The notes under the pieces were generated by a model. That model was given only the letters and a program-made list of their open reading frames with translations, was not told where the DNA came from and searched no databases. A program made the translations under genes and the position numbers. From Octopus vulgaris (taxonomy: Eukaryota), in the NCBI GenBank assembly GCA_951406725.2, contig OX597819.1, positions 38,688,001 to 38,752,000 of the forward strand: DNA of 64,000 nt, written 5' to 3'. Shown in pieces: positions 25,930 to 38,084 of the stretch; position 1 is the stretch's first letter; each line of letters begins with the position of its first letter.

Positions 25930-26100
25930 TAAAAACGGTAAGATAACAAAAGAAAGAGAAATTGATATTATGTAAATAGAGGAAATTTATCTGTAAAATA
26001 ATATGTGACAATTATTCAGTAGCCAAGATAAAACTCTGAGTTTTGGATGCCGAGGTGGAAATCCACACCACCATCTCTTCGGTTATCTGACCATAAATAT
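25926..26100 (-). mobile_element. Short repeat carrying a decayed hammerhead-like motif (26026-26088)
   Basis: Minus strand: agataa-CCGAAGA-gatg...catcc-AAAA-ctc-a-gagtT-ttatct. Sits between microsatellites. Confidence 0.5.
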
Positions 26101-26103
26101 ATG

Positions 26104-26165
<62 letters not shown>

Positions 26166-26925
26166 ACAAATGTTGCAAGTGTCCTACTTTCATTTTTAGT
26201 GTTGGACCAGTTAAATGTCAATGCAGGTCTCTTAAACAGGGTATATGTTTCTAAAGTATAAAAGTAACAGATAACACTTAGCTTGTAAATAATAATAATG
26301 ACGATGATGATGATGATGATAAATAAAAATAAAGAGAGAAAATGTCAGACACATGCTTTCATGTCGATGAAACTGAGTAATGGGCATGTGAATTTTACCT
26401 GTCTACCTACAAATATAAAATGCATAATTTATGGAGTATTTACTTGATCTTAGTTATTAATTTATCATTAGTAGCAGATAGCATTAGGTAGGTTACATGT
26501 GAAGATGTGAATGGCTACACAAAAAAATTTGTGCAAGTTTGCATACTTTTTATCACTCAGAATATTTGTATTTACATGTGTACAAAGATTATTTGAATAC
26601 ATCATCATAAAATGGATAGCAACTGTGATAGTTAAAAGTCTTTGTGGCATAGAATACTTTGGTGATTTATATGAAAATTGCTCATGGTTATTAATGGCAG
26701 TTTGTAGAAGAAAATAATAACACCTCATCACAATATTGATCAGTGGAGCTCTGTGTAGCACTTGAGAATATTCTGTTTTGGAAATCAAAGTCTCAGCTTT
26801 TAAAAGGACTAACGGGATTTCTAGAAAGTCAGACCTGAGTAATTGGTGGGTAGGTTTCTTTTCATTTGGTTACACACCAACCCACCTGACTGACTGAGCT
26901 ATGTTTATAAAGACATTAATTTTTC

Positions 26926-27351
26926 GGATCTTTTCGGTTTGAACGGCAGTTTTTTCTAGCGGTGTCATATGAAATTGTCACCCATAATTATGACCCTAGA
27001 ATCGATCTATTGCATTTCAATTTCTTTTAGGGTTAGGGTTAGTTAAGTTAGGGGTGGGGGAAGGGTATCTTTTTTCTTCACAAATGTAAATAAACCCAAT
27101 CTGTTTCTTAAACGAGGGACATATTCATATGGCACAGAATGTTTTTTTTACCTCAAAAGAAGTCAGTGATTGGTCGAAATTGCAGAGATTGAAGAAAAAA
27201 TACAACAAATATCTTACAAACTATAGAATTTTCTCAATAAAGCCAAGAGAAAAAGATGTTTTATAAACACATTCTACCAGTATACGAAGTTTAAAATTAT
27301 TTAGTTACCTAGAAATTATGTTAAAAACTGCCGTTCAAACCGAAAAGATCC
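26926..27351 (+). mobile_element. MITE with 28-bp TIRs and 8-bp TSD (Merlin-like), copy 1
   Basis: TIR ggatcttttcggtttgaacggcagtttt; TSD aatttttc at 26918-25 and 27352-59. Confidence 0.9.
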
Positions 27352-27509
27352 AATTTTTCTGAACTAGCCTTGCTTTTTATAGCAATACGGTTGACCAAGA
27401 CAGTATGATAGGGGGAATGAGCTGAGGAACCTACATATAATGGTTCAATATTCAACAGGAGCCTTGGTACAATTACTTATTTCTCCCATTTGTCCACACG
27501 CACACACAT

Positions 27510-27542
<33 letters not shown>

Positions 27543-27543
<1 letters not shown>

Positions 27544-27950
27544 GCATGGCTGTGGGAGGTTTTGAGGCTCACTTTGCAATGACTTAGTTTGAGTTCAGTC
27601 CCAATGTGTGGTGTCTTGAGCAAGTGTCTTCTACAACAGCTCTGAACTGACCAGCGGTTGTAAATGAATTTAGAGACTGGAATCTGTGTGGAAGACTGTC
27701 ATATATGCATGTGTGTGCGTGTATATGTGAGTGTGCATTTGTGTTTATGGTTCTTCCCTAACTTTGCTTACCAACTAGTGTTAGTATGTTCACATTCTTC
27801 TAACTTAGCAGTTCAGTAAAATGGACTGATAAAAGAAGTACCAGATTTAAAATGTAAGTAGTAGCGTTCAGTTTGTTTGACTAAACCGTTCAAGGCATTG
27901 CCCCCACATGGCTACAGTCCAATGACTGAAACAATGAAAAACATAAAAAG
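27543..27950 (+). mobile_element. Diverged SINE family A copy
   Basis: gagttcagtccc, ttgagcaagtgtcttcta and aatgactgaaacaa landmarks. Confidence 0.75.
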
Positions 27951-28025
27951 TATATAATGCACACATATGCAGGTATCCATCTATTTATATATGTATGTAT
28001 GTATATGTGCATGTATATATATATG

Positions 28026-28330
28026 TGGAGGCACAATGGCTCAGTGGTTAGGGCAGCGGACTCGCGGTCATAGGATCATGCTTTCGATTCCCAGACCGGG
28101 CGCTGTGAGTGTTTATTGAGCAAAAACACCTAAAGCTCCATGAAGCTCCGGCAGGGGGTGGTGGCGACCCCTGCTGTACTCTTTCGCCACAACTTTTTCT
28201 CACTCTTTCTTCTGTTGGCCTGCTCACTTAGCCAGCGGGGTGGTGTCATTTGAAGGCTAACACAATGTGAAGCGCATTGTAACCAGCGATGTGTAGCGAT
28301 CTGATAGCCTGGTCAGTCACGGTGATCACG

Positions 28331-28335
<5 letters not shown>
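28026..28335 (+). mobile_element. SINE family C, full length
   Basis: tggaggcacaatggctcagtggttagggc...tcacggtgatcacggtgat; pairs with 20200-20510. Confidence 0.92.
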
Positions 28336-28391
<56 letters not shown>

Positions 28392-28549
28392 GTATGTATG
28401 TATGTAAGGACATATCTTTTGCTGACGCATATCAACAAAGGATGCAAGCATAATGAGAAAACCATCACAACAATATTCTTTAAACAAGTGGTTCTCAAAC
28501 ACTTTATGCCTATGGACCCCTTTGGGCACTATTTTACTCTACTGGACCC

Positions 28550-28967
28550 AGTGGCAGTGTGGTAAGAAGCTTGCCTACCAAACACATGGTTCCAGGTTCA
28601 GTCCCACTGCATGGCACCTTGAGCAAGTATATTCTACTATAGCCTCGGGCCAACCAAATCCTTGTGAGTGGATTTGGTAGATGAAAACTGAAAGAAGCCC
28701 GTCGTATATATATATATGTATGTATTTATGTATGTATGTATGCATATCTATGTGTGTGTGTCTCTTTGTGTCTATGTTTGTCCCCCCTCTTGACAACCGA
28801 TGTTGGTGTGTTTATGTCCCCATAACCTAGTGGTTCAGCAAAAAAAATTGATAGAATAAGTCCCAGACTTAAAAAAAAAAACTGGGGTCAATACATTGAA
28901 CTAAGAAATCTTCAGTGCCCCAGTATGGCTGCAGTCTAATGACTGAAACAAGTAAAAGATAAACGAT
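28550..28967 (+). mobile_element. SINE family A copy
   Basis: Complete head, body and tail landmarks. Confidence 0.9.
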
Positions 28968-29351
28968 ATATATGTATATAATGAACTTATTGTATACATT
29001 GCTCTGGTGTCCTTCAATTAATCAGAAAAAGTAACCAAAACTGCATGAACAGTACATAGAATATGTTGAGGAAGTGAACAGTGGAAAAGTTCTTAAAGAA
29101 AAAAAATAAGGAAGAAGAAATTGGAGTGAGGGGCATCAGTTGTACTGCTAATTTCAGGAAGTGTGGAAGTTTTGAAGGATGTAGTGTTTTGACTGCTAAC
29201 AACTGATGCAGCTGGTTTGTTTAAATAAAATCCTGTTATATTTTTATAACTGAATATTATTAGGAACAGTTTTAAAAAATTGTTGAAATATTTTGTGCAT
29301 TGAAGAAACTTGGCTAATTTTATTACACATAAGTTTTAATTTTAAAAAATC

Positions 29352-29772
29352 GGATCTTTTCGGTTTGAATGGCAGTTTTTAACATAATTTCTAGGTAATT
29401 AAATAATTTTAAACTTCGCATACTGGTAGAATGTGTTTATAAAACATCTTTTTCTCTTGGCTTTATTGAGAAAATTCTATAGTTTGAAAGATATTTGGTC
29501 TTTAATTTCTTGCATTTCGGTAATTTCAACCAATCAATAACCGTCTATTGAGGTGAAAACATTCTGTGCCGTATGAATATGTCCCTTGTTTAAGAAACAG
29601 ATTGGGTTTATTTACATTTGTGAAGAAAAAAAGATACCCTTCCCTCTACCTCTAACTACCCCTAACCCTAAAATAGATTGAAATGCAATAGATTGATTCT
29701 AGGGTCATAATTATGGGTGACAATTTCATATGACACCGCTAGAAAAAACTGCTGTTCAAACCGAAAAGATCC
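29352..29772 (-). mobile_element. Merlin-like MITE copy 2, opposite orientation
   Basis: Same TIRs; interior is the reverse complement of 26926-27351; flanks aaaaaatc/caaaaatc (7 of 8 match). Confidence 0.9.
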
Positions 29773-30632
29773 CAAAAATCTTATATGGATCCTTAAGGGC
29801 CTTTTGAACCCAGGAAGAGAGCCACTACTTTAAACAAAGTATCCAACAGAAATTTGCTCAGCACCAAGTTAGAAATGCTCCCTTGTCATTCCCACTATCA
29901 GAAATAAAGTAAACAAGTGTTTACTCACTGGAAGCGTAACCTACAATGTTTTAAGTTCCCAAATTGTAGTATAAATAAATAAAGTAAAAAAATGTTGCTT
30001 GATATTATCTTAGGGATGGGAGACAATAATTCTTGTTTTATCTAAACCAGGAACTGTTATCGTCAATGTGAAGATAAAATTTCAATAGGTCAGCTTGTAT
30101 TCAAGCATTCCATTCTTTGCTGTGGCATCTGTCATAACTCTGAAAGAAGGAGAGAAGGGGAGAAGGAGTGAAAGATGATTGAAGAGTCCTATTTAAGTTA
30201 AGACAGTCGGACAGGGTTATGGGGATTTTCCAGCTTTCTGTCATTGTCACTTTACAACGAATGCATGCGTGTGTGTGCATGTGTGTGTGTGTGTGTGTGT
30301 GTGTGTTTGTGTGTGCCTGTGCATATTTGTGAAAGAAAAGGAGAGAGGGAGAGGGAGAGAAAAAGAAAGAGAGGGAGACAGAGGAAACAGACAGAGGAGA
30401 GATAGAGGTAGAAAGAAAGAGAGAGAAAGACTGAACAAAATACACTGGAATATTTAAAAACTTAAGTGAAACATTACTTTAGTTAATTTCCATTAAATAA
30501 ATGTTTATTTTTCTCACTGAATCTGTAAATCAAATACATTAGTCTGTTTATTTTGATGTTACCACCAGGTGCACTAGGCAAGACTTACTGCTTCAAACAT
30601 GTGGCAAAATTGCTTTCATGTAGCTTAGCTTG

Positions 30633-30778
30633 ATTGTGTGGTAAGTTTACTTCTCAACCACATGGTCATGGGTTCAGTTTCACTGCATGATAACTTGGGC
30701 AAGTGTTTTCTACTATAACCCTGGGCTGACCAAAGTTTGATAAGAAAATTTGGCAGATGAAACTGAAAGAAGCCCTTT
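30633..30778 (+). mobile_element. SINE family A 5' half
   Basis: tgtgtggtaag...gggttcagtttcactg...aaactgaaagaagccc. Confidence 0.8.
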
Positions 30779-31177
30779 TTATATGTATATCTATGTATGC
30801 ATGTGTATGTGTCTTCTTGCCTTGACTGCTTAATATAATAGTAAATGAATGACATCATCTGTGTAAGTGGTATCCTTTCGCTTCAGCCATTTTTCCATGG
30901 TAGCATGTGTTAGAAGAATACATATTGTTGAAACATTATTTCAACAAAAATTCAAGATGTTATTTAAATCATTTTCCATTATTCTTATGTTCTCTGAAAC
31001 ATGTCTCACTTCTCCTTGGAATTAACTCCCATGCAAATGTGATCACTAATTCCCAGGACACTTATGTGACATCTGGCTACCTTGTAATTGTTCCTCTGGA
31101 TCTTTCCTATAAATCGAACATTCATATATGTATATGTACATACATAAATATAAAATATAAAATAGATATATATGTAT

Positions 31178-31208
<31 letters not shown>

Positions 31209-31226
31209 TGCACACACACACACATA

Positions 31227-31442
31227 GGCAGCAAGCTGGCAGAAATGTTAGTAGACTGGGCGAAATGCTTAGTGGTATTTCGTCTGTCTTTATGTTCAGA
31301 GTTCAAATTCTGCTGAGGTCAACTTTGCCTTTCATCCTTTCAGGATCAATAAATTAAGTACCAGTTGCATACTGAGGTTGATCTAACTGACTGGCCCTCT
31401 CACCCCAAAATTTCGGGCTTTATGCCTAGAATAGAAAAGAAT
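31227..31442 (+). mobile_element. SINE family B copy
   Basis: Head and core landmarks as at 36245. Confidence 0.88.
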
Positions 31443-31474
31443 ATATACACACACACACACACATATATATACAT

Positions 31475-31536
<62 letters not shown>

Positions 31537-31644
31537 ACATATATACACATATATGTATGTATCAATCTATATCTGTCTATCATTATGTATGTGTGTGTAT
31601 ATATATGTAAAAGATATATAATAGATATATATGTATATTTATAT

Positions 31645-31696
<52 letters not shown>

Positions 31697-31910
31697 TATA
31701 ATATGACTCTGTTAGTTACTTATATGAAATTCTGAATAACAATTTGTGAAGCGTTTTAATTTATAGAAAACATTTGATTTTGCTCTTTGTATATGTTCTT
31801 CCAAATATGTGTGTATGTGTTTGAGTGTTTATATATATATTTTATATATACACATATATATAGTGAGAGAATTACTGATGTGAGTACTTATGTGATCACA
31901 TGTACATATA

Positions 31911-31962
<52 letters not shown>

Positions 31963-32557
31963 TTTATGCATATGCATATGTATAGATGTGTGTAGATCTA
32001 TCTTCTATCTGTCAATATGTGAGTGTGTGTGCATGTGTGTATATGTGTGTGAATGTATGTGTGTGCATAACTAAATAGAATTTTTCCATTTTTCCCTAGG
32101 TTTGGTACAATGTATTTTAGTTTAATTAGCCCTCTTAGAAGATTTTTATGTTTTGTGGTAAGAGTTCAAAATTGTCTCTGGAACTGTCTGCTTTATTTTT
32201 GCTTGGTTTATTTATATAGTTTAGCTTATTTGTGTTGGAGAAAGAAAAGTGATATTTATAAGGGCTTTCTTCTTTTTTTTTTTTGGTATGTGTGCATCAA
32301 TCAATTTCTTTGTGTACCCATTACTGATTTGATATCATTACAAATATAAAACAGAGACAACTGTCTGCTGAATATTGTGATGTTACTATATTATTATATG
32401 GTAGGTAGTTCAAAGTGTAGAAAAGGCTATGTCATTCAGTTAAATTCAGAAGGTACATCAGAGGTTATGAGTGTTGGATGTAATATTTACAAGAGGTTAT
32501 ACAAGTTGAACACACACACACACACACATTCTCACACACACAGAGACACAGACAGAT

Positions 32558-32630
<73 letters not shown>

Positions 32631-32740
32631 AATATATCACAGTTTATTACAAGCTGAAGGTTGCACATTTTACTTTTACATACTGTTACTCTAAGTTTCA
32701 CATTAGCAAAAACCAGAAACCCGAAACTTAAGAGTAAGTG

Positions 32741-33141
32741 TTTACTCTTTTGCTCTTTTACTTGTTTCAGTCATTTGACTGTGGCCATGCTGGAGCACCG
32801 CCTTTAGTTGAGCAAATTGACCCCGGGACTTATTCTTTGTAAGCCTAGTACTTATTCTATCAGTCTCTTTTGCTGAATCGCTAAGTTACAGGGACGTAAA
32901 CACACCAGCATTGGTTGTCAAGCGATGTTGGAGGGACAAACACAGACACACAAACACACACACACACACATACATACATATATACGACAGGCCTCTTTCA
33001 GTTTCTGTCTACCAAATCCACTCACAAGGCTTTGGTCGGGCCGAGGCTATAGTAGAAGACACTTGCCTAAGGTGCCATGCAGTGGGACTGAACCTGGAAC
33101 CATGTGGTTCGTAAGCAAGCTACTTACCACACAGCCACTCT
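32741..33141 (-). mobile_element. SINE family A, full length
   Basis: Reverse complement of the 28550-28967 landmarks. Confidence 0.92.
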
Positions 33142-33561
33142 TATGGGTTAGTGACATTTTCAGCTTACAATAAACAGAATAAAACATTTCAATACATATT
33201 GAATGCTCTTTTTCACTTTTTGCTTGTACAACGTTTTTGAGGCATACACATTAAAGAGACATTGTGAGCATGTGTGTACCTGCAATACATGCATGTAGGT
33301 ATGCTTATACCTTTTACCTGTTTCACTCATCTGGCTGTTGGGACACCACCTAGAAGAATTTTTAGTTAAATGAATCAATTTCAGCATTTATATTCTTTTC
33401 TTTTCTTTAAGCCTGGTATTTATTCTGTTAGACTCTTTTACTGAACTGATTGAATAAGTACCAGGCTTATAAAGAAAATAAGTAGTGGAATCGATTCATT
33501 CGAGTAACAGTTCTTCAAGGTGGTGCCACAACATGGCCACAGTCTGAAACAAGTAATAGGG

Positions 33562-33805
33562 TCATCATCATCATCTTCATCACCATCGTTTAACGTCCAC
33601 TTTCCATGCTAGCATGGGTCGGACGATTTGACTGAGGACTGGCGAACCAGATGGCTGCACCAAGCTCCAATCTGATCTGGTGAAGTTTCTACAGCTGGAT
33701 ACCCTTCCTAATGGCAACCACTCTGAGAGTGTAGTAGGTGCTTTTACATGCCATCGGCACAAGGGCCAGTCAGGCAGTACTGGCAACGGCCATACTGAAA
33801 TGGTG
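33562..33805 (-). mobile_element. RTE-LINE 3' tail fragment
   Basis: catcgtttaacgtccactttccatgctagcatggg...gtgcttttacatgcca. Confidence 0.85.
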
Positions 33806-35459
33806 TCCTGTCCAGCTAGGGGCAACACATACGCCACAGAAACCAGGAAACAGTGTCAAAGAAGTCAAAGTGTTATATATGTATTTGTAACAATAGAATC
33901 TAAAGAACCTAATGGTGGTTTATGTCAGCAAATGGCATGTGTAAAACATTTGTAAAGTAGAATATGTGGCTTTGTTACGAGGGTGAACAGATATCTACAG
34001 AGCCACATTAAGGCAACCAAATGATTGCACGTTGGGTGCTCAGATTTGGGAGCAACAAAGCAATTCTGAAGAACTTCAGAATTTCTTAACCCAGCTAAAA
34101 GAACATGTAAACTTGGAAATAAAGAGAGAAGTTAAAGTTGTTCTTGAAATAGAAGAGGATGGAGGAGAGAGGTGAGGGGGAGGGGCAGTGGAGGTGAAGG
34201 ATATTCACTTGAAGTTATGACTTGTTGTCACATGATTTGGTGTGGCATGACACATTTCAAATTTTTTTCTGACAATACAGTTGCTCAATAATATGTACAA
34301 TCACAAAACTATAGATTAGATTTCATGTCTGTGACTGCATTTTTCAGCTAGTGTAAAGTGGGGGATGACTGTATAATATTATATAATATTGAAGATGGGA
34401 TGCATTTAGTAGGTCAAAGAAAAGGATGTGCATATTGTGAGTCAAAGAGAAAGGGGTGCACACTGAGAGAGTGGCCTTGGAAGCTGAATGCTCTGGCATC
34501 ATCCCTGGATCTCTAATATTTCAGGCAAGACTCTTTCTTGAAGAGAAAGATAAAATATTTAGTGTTAGTGTTGAATAAATAGATTGACAGTATCTATGTC
34601 AGAATTTTGTTGAACATGCAATCAAACACAAGAAACAGAGAAACTTGATATTCTTAGAGGAAATGAAATGTCAAAATGTGACACTCATGTGCTTTCTAAA
34701 GAGAATTTGCATTGTATGCAAAAGTGAAATACTTCCAGTATTTCAGAAGGCATTAACAGAATAGGAGCATAAATGGTAGAATCTGATACATACAGGATGA
34801 CCAGATAGAAAAGTAATCAGAAGTTTCTGTTAGATCACTAGTGATTTCATGTACTTGCTCATTGCCAAGATATTTTAATTCCCAACATACATAGTCTACT
34901 AAACTGTAAATAAGTTCCACAGGGATGTTGATATATGACATCACTGTAAGTAGCAGCAGATCTGCTTTGTGGAATACATAACCAGATTTCATAGGGGGAA
35001 GTTTACAAAGAGCTTGTTACTGATTGATATATATGTCTGGTCATAAAAAGTCAAGTAGCCAATATAATCTATCACAAGAATATGAAGGATTGATACACAC
35101 TATATATATACACAGCAAGCCTAATGTTGTATATAGTTATGGATATTTCCTCATCAGCTTGTCAATATACTCCAGTTGCCTCTGTGTTGTGTTGCATGCA
35201 TACAATCATCCAGGCTTTTGTTCCCAGTACATTTTTTTGATTTTGCCAGTCTGCAAATATCTTTGATAGCTCTCTTCCCCTCTACACATCCCGTCAGTAT
35301 GGTCTTGGGCAATAACTTGTAGTGTATCATATATCTTTGAAGCCCATAAAGCTATCACAACATTAATATGGGTGTCAAGAATGGCCAGTGTAAAAGGAGC
35401 CATTCTGAGGATACACCTGTAATTTAAAAAGGTATTACAAAAAGAGAAAGGGGCTCTCT

Positions 35460-35684
35460 ACTCTGCTTTCGACCAGGCTCCCATTGGCTTTTATGAGTTT
35501 TTCCACCAGGAACCTTTCGTAACGCCTCCCCCTATTGGGAGTTTTTCGTTGTTATAATCTTTCATTGTTAAACTGCTTTTTTACTTGGATTTTACAAACG
35601 GACAAAACCCTTTGTAACCTTTCGTCCTGTTTTGTCCCTTTATGTTATAATTAATTTTTGTCAGCCCTTGTGGCAAATAAAAGA

Positions 35685-35733
<49 letters not shown>
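35460..35733 (+). mobile_element. Probable non-LTR element 3' end with an (ATT)n tail
   Basis: CpG-containing T-rich UTR-like segment, agcccttgtggcaaataaaagaat, then (ATT)n. Confidence 0.55.
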
Positions 35734-35744
35734 TAATCTTCTTC

Positions 35745-36130
35745 TCAGTTAAAAACTAAAGATTTGATACCATTTGGGCTGGTCTTTAGCAACACTCATG
35801 AGAATGTCTTTCTCTCAGTTCATCTTCAATTGTATTCTTTGGTCATCCAGGTTTTCACATTCCAGATGCTATCTATCATAATGCTACTTGAAAATCCTTT
35901 TCTGGTCTACTCTGTGATCATGGCTGAGTCAGTTGACATTTTGATTAGAGAACTACACTATTGCTATCAGTTTTGCAATACAGATCCTCATTTGATACTT
36001 TGTTGCGCCAGAAATAAACAGGTTTTCATCAGACACTTATTGTAGACATAGTTATCACATTCATGTCTCCTTTTACTACTCACCAATGTTCTAATTTATA
36101 CATTAAAGCAAACTCAATGTTGCTTTTGTA
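35745..36130 (-). mobile_element. Old RTE-clade ORF2 C-terminal fragment
   Basis: Minus-strand remnants NKCL, NKVSNEDLYCKT, RVDQKRI, KPG*PK and AKDQPKW. Confidence 0.6.
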
Positions 36131-36244
36131 GAATCTAACCTTCATCCAAAAACAGTATTGCATAGAATTCTAGATTGACAGAAATTTTTGTGAACACTCC
36201 ATGAGCTTTGGTAAGTTATGAATATAACAGGTAAGTTGTGAGGA

Positions 36245-36452
36245 GCAGAAACGTTAGCATGCTGGGCGAAATGCTTAGTGGTATTTCGTCTGCCGTTATG
36301 TTCTGAGTTCAAATTCCACCGAGGTCGACTTTGCCTTTCATCCTTTCGGGATCGATAAATAAAGTACCAGTTACGCACTGGGGTCGATGTAACTGACTTA
36401 ATCCATTTGTCTGTCCTCTCTGTGTTTAGCCCCTTGTGGGTAGTAAAGAAAT
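36245..36452 (+). mobile_element. SINE family B, young copy
   Basis: High identity to the reverse complement of 58314-58545; tail agccccttgtgggtagtaaagaaata. Confidence 0.9.
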
Positions 36453-36969
36453 AGGTAAGTTGTGAGTATGGGCTGTAACAATAAAGTATGGTGCTTAGGA
36501 ATTCTTTTGAGTGCAGATTTCAATTGAGAAATTGTATCAGTGATAGACTGGTACCCTACTGAACTTGGTGGTAAATCAGCTAATTAACCATAAACACATA
36601 TTTGTGTGGTTTAGAACTTTGCTTTGCAACCTTATAGTACAGGGTTTGATTCCATATTGTAATGTCTTAAGTGTTTTCTGCTGCACCCTCAGATTGACCA
36701 AAGCCTTGTGAGTAGAATTTAATAAACAAAATCTGCGTTGAAGCATTTCCCTCCCTCCCTCTCTCCCCCTCTCTATCTCTCACTCACTACTCCCATATAT
36801 CTGTCTAACTCTTTTTCTGTGTGTATGTGTGTGTATAAGCACACACACATATACATAATATATATTTGTACACACACACACACACACATGGGTTTCAAAC
36901 TTATGACTTTATGATTGTGAGCCAAATGTCCTAATCACAAAGCGATGTACCTTCACAATACATACAAAC

Positions 36970-37205
36970 ACTTTCGCCCCAACTTTCTCTCACTCTTTCT
37001 TCCTGTTTCTTGTCCCCGACTTCCTACGCAACTGCTGAGCCTGGATGCGCATTCATTCATCCGTCAATGCTCTCAGTGTCGAAGGTTGACCTGATTTCTC
37101 TTCTGTGAGTCTTACGAATAGAAAAGGACCACATTTCGGACTTCTCCCATCTTGCGAACTCTGGGATGAAGACTGTTCGCTCAACAGCAACAGCAACAAT
37201 AACAA
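36970..37205 (+). mobile_element. SINE with the family-C body module and a different tail ending in (CAA/CAG)n
   Basis: ctttcgccccaactttctctcactctttc is shared with 28181-28210. Confidence 0.65.
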
Positions 37206-37344
37206 CAGTGAGCTTTAAAGGAAAGAACTAGAGCAATTAAACAACAACCACCACAGTATGAATGCTTGTTGCATTTTTGGCAGAAATAATTAACAGGGTA
37301 ATTAACTGCAATATGTAAAAGTAACTATAGTAGTTGATCTAGTA

Positions 37345-37391
37345 ATACCACCACCACCACCACCACCACCACCACCACCACCACCACCACC

Positions 37392-37423
<32 letters not shown>

Positions 37424-37840
37424 CAACAACAGTATTAATGTATCCACCAGACCATGATCACCACTACCATCACTAACAATAATATCAAAACCTCCACCAC
37501 TTGCCGCTGCCGTCGCCATCGCTGCTACCACCACCACCACCACCACCACCACCACCACCACCACCACCACCACCACCAACCACCACCACCACCACCACCA
37601 CCACAACTGCCGCCGCCTCCTCCTGCTCTTCACCATAATCACCACCACTACCACCAACAACAACTACTGCTACTACAACTACAATATCACAACAGTATCA
37701 ACAAACCCATCCATCTCACCATCCAACAAGACATCCAAACTGTCCATCTAACCACCAGAACCACCACTACAAACACCACCACCAACACCACAACCGCTAC
37801 CACCACCACCACCACCACCACCACCACCACTACTACAACC
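37345..37840. repeat. (CAC)n/(CAA)n trinucleotide tract
   Basis: Directly visible. Confidence 0.95.
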
Positions 37841-38084
37841 AATCTTGGTCCTATCACCTGTTGCACGGACAATGAGACAAAGCAAAGCAGAAATCTGTTT
37901 CGTTAAAAATAATAATTATGCGTGAAGGATTGTTTAAAGCGATGCAGCACTCATTTCTCTTTGTTGCATCACAAACAGCACAACAACACCTGCACAAACT
38001 GCACTCTGTAAACATCTATTGTGATGGAAGTGACATAATCTTGTTGAAAAATGGATGTTTCATTTCGCTTTTTTATTTTTTCAT

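Larger units (their letters stand above)
28486..29827. mobile_element. hAT-like non-autonomous element hosting nested insertions
   Basis: Ends aagtggttctc and gagagccacta; 8-bp TSD ctttaaac at 28478-85 and 29828-35. Confidence 0.75.

Noticed and set aside
27026-27053. Telomere or telomere-fusion remnant
   Set aside because: Only two to three TTAGGG units, internal to a MITE and present in both copies.
28026-28100. tRNA genes (also ~20435-20510 and ~61225-61299)
   Set aside because: tRNA-like heads continue into repeated SINE bodies; no convincing acceptor stem.
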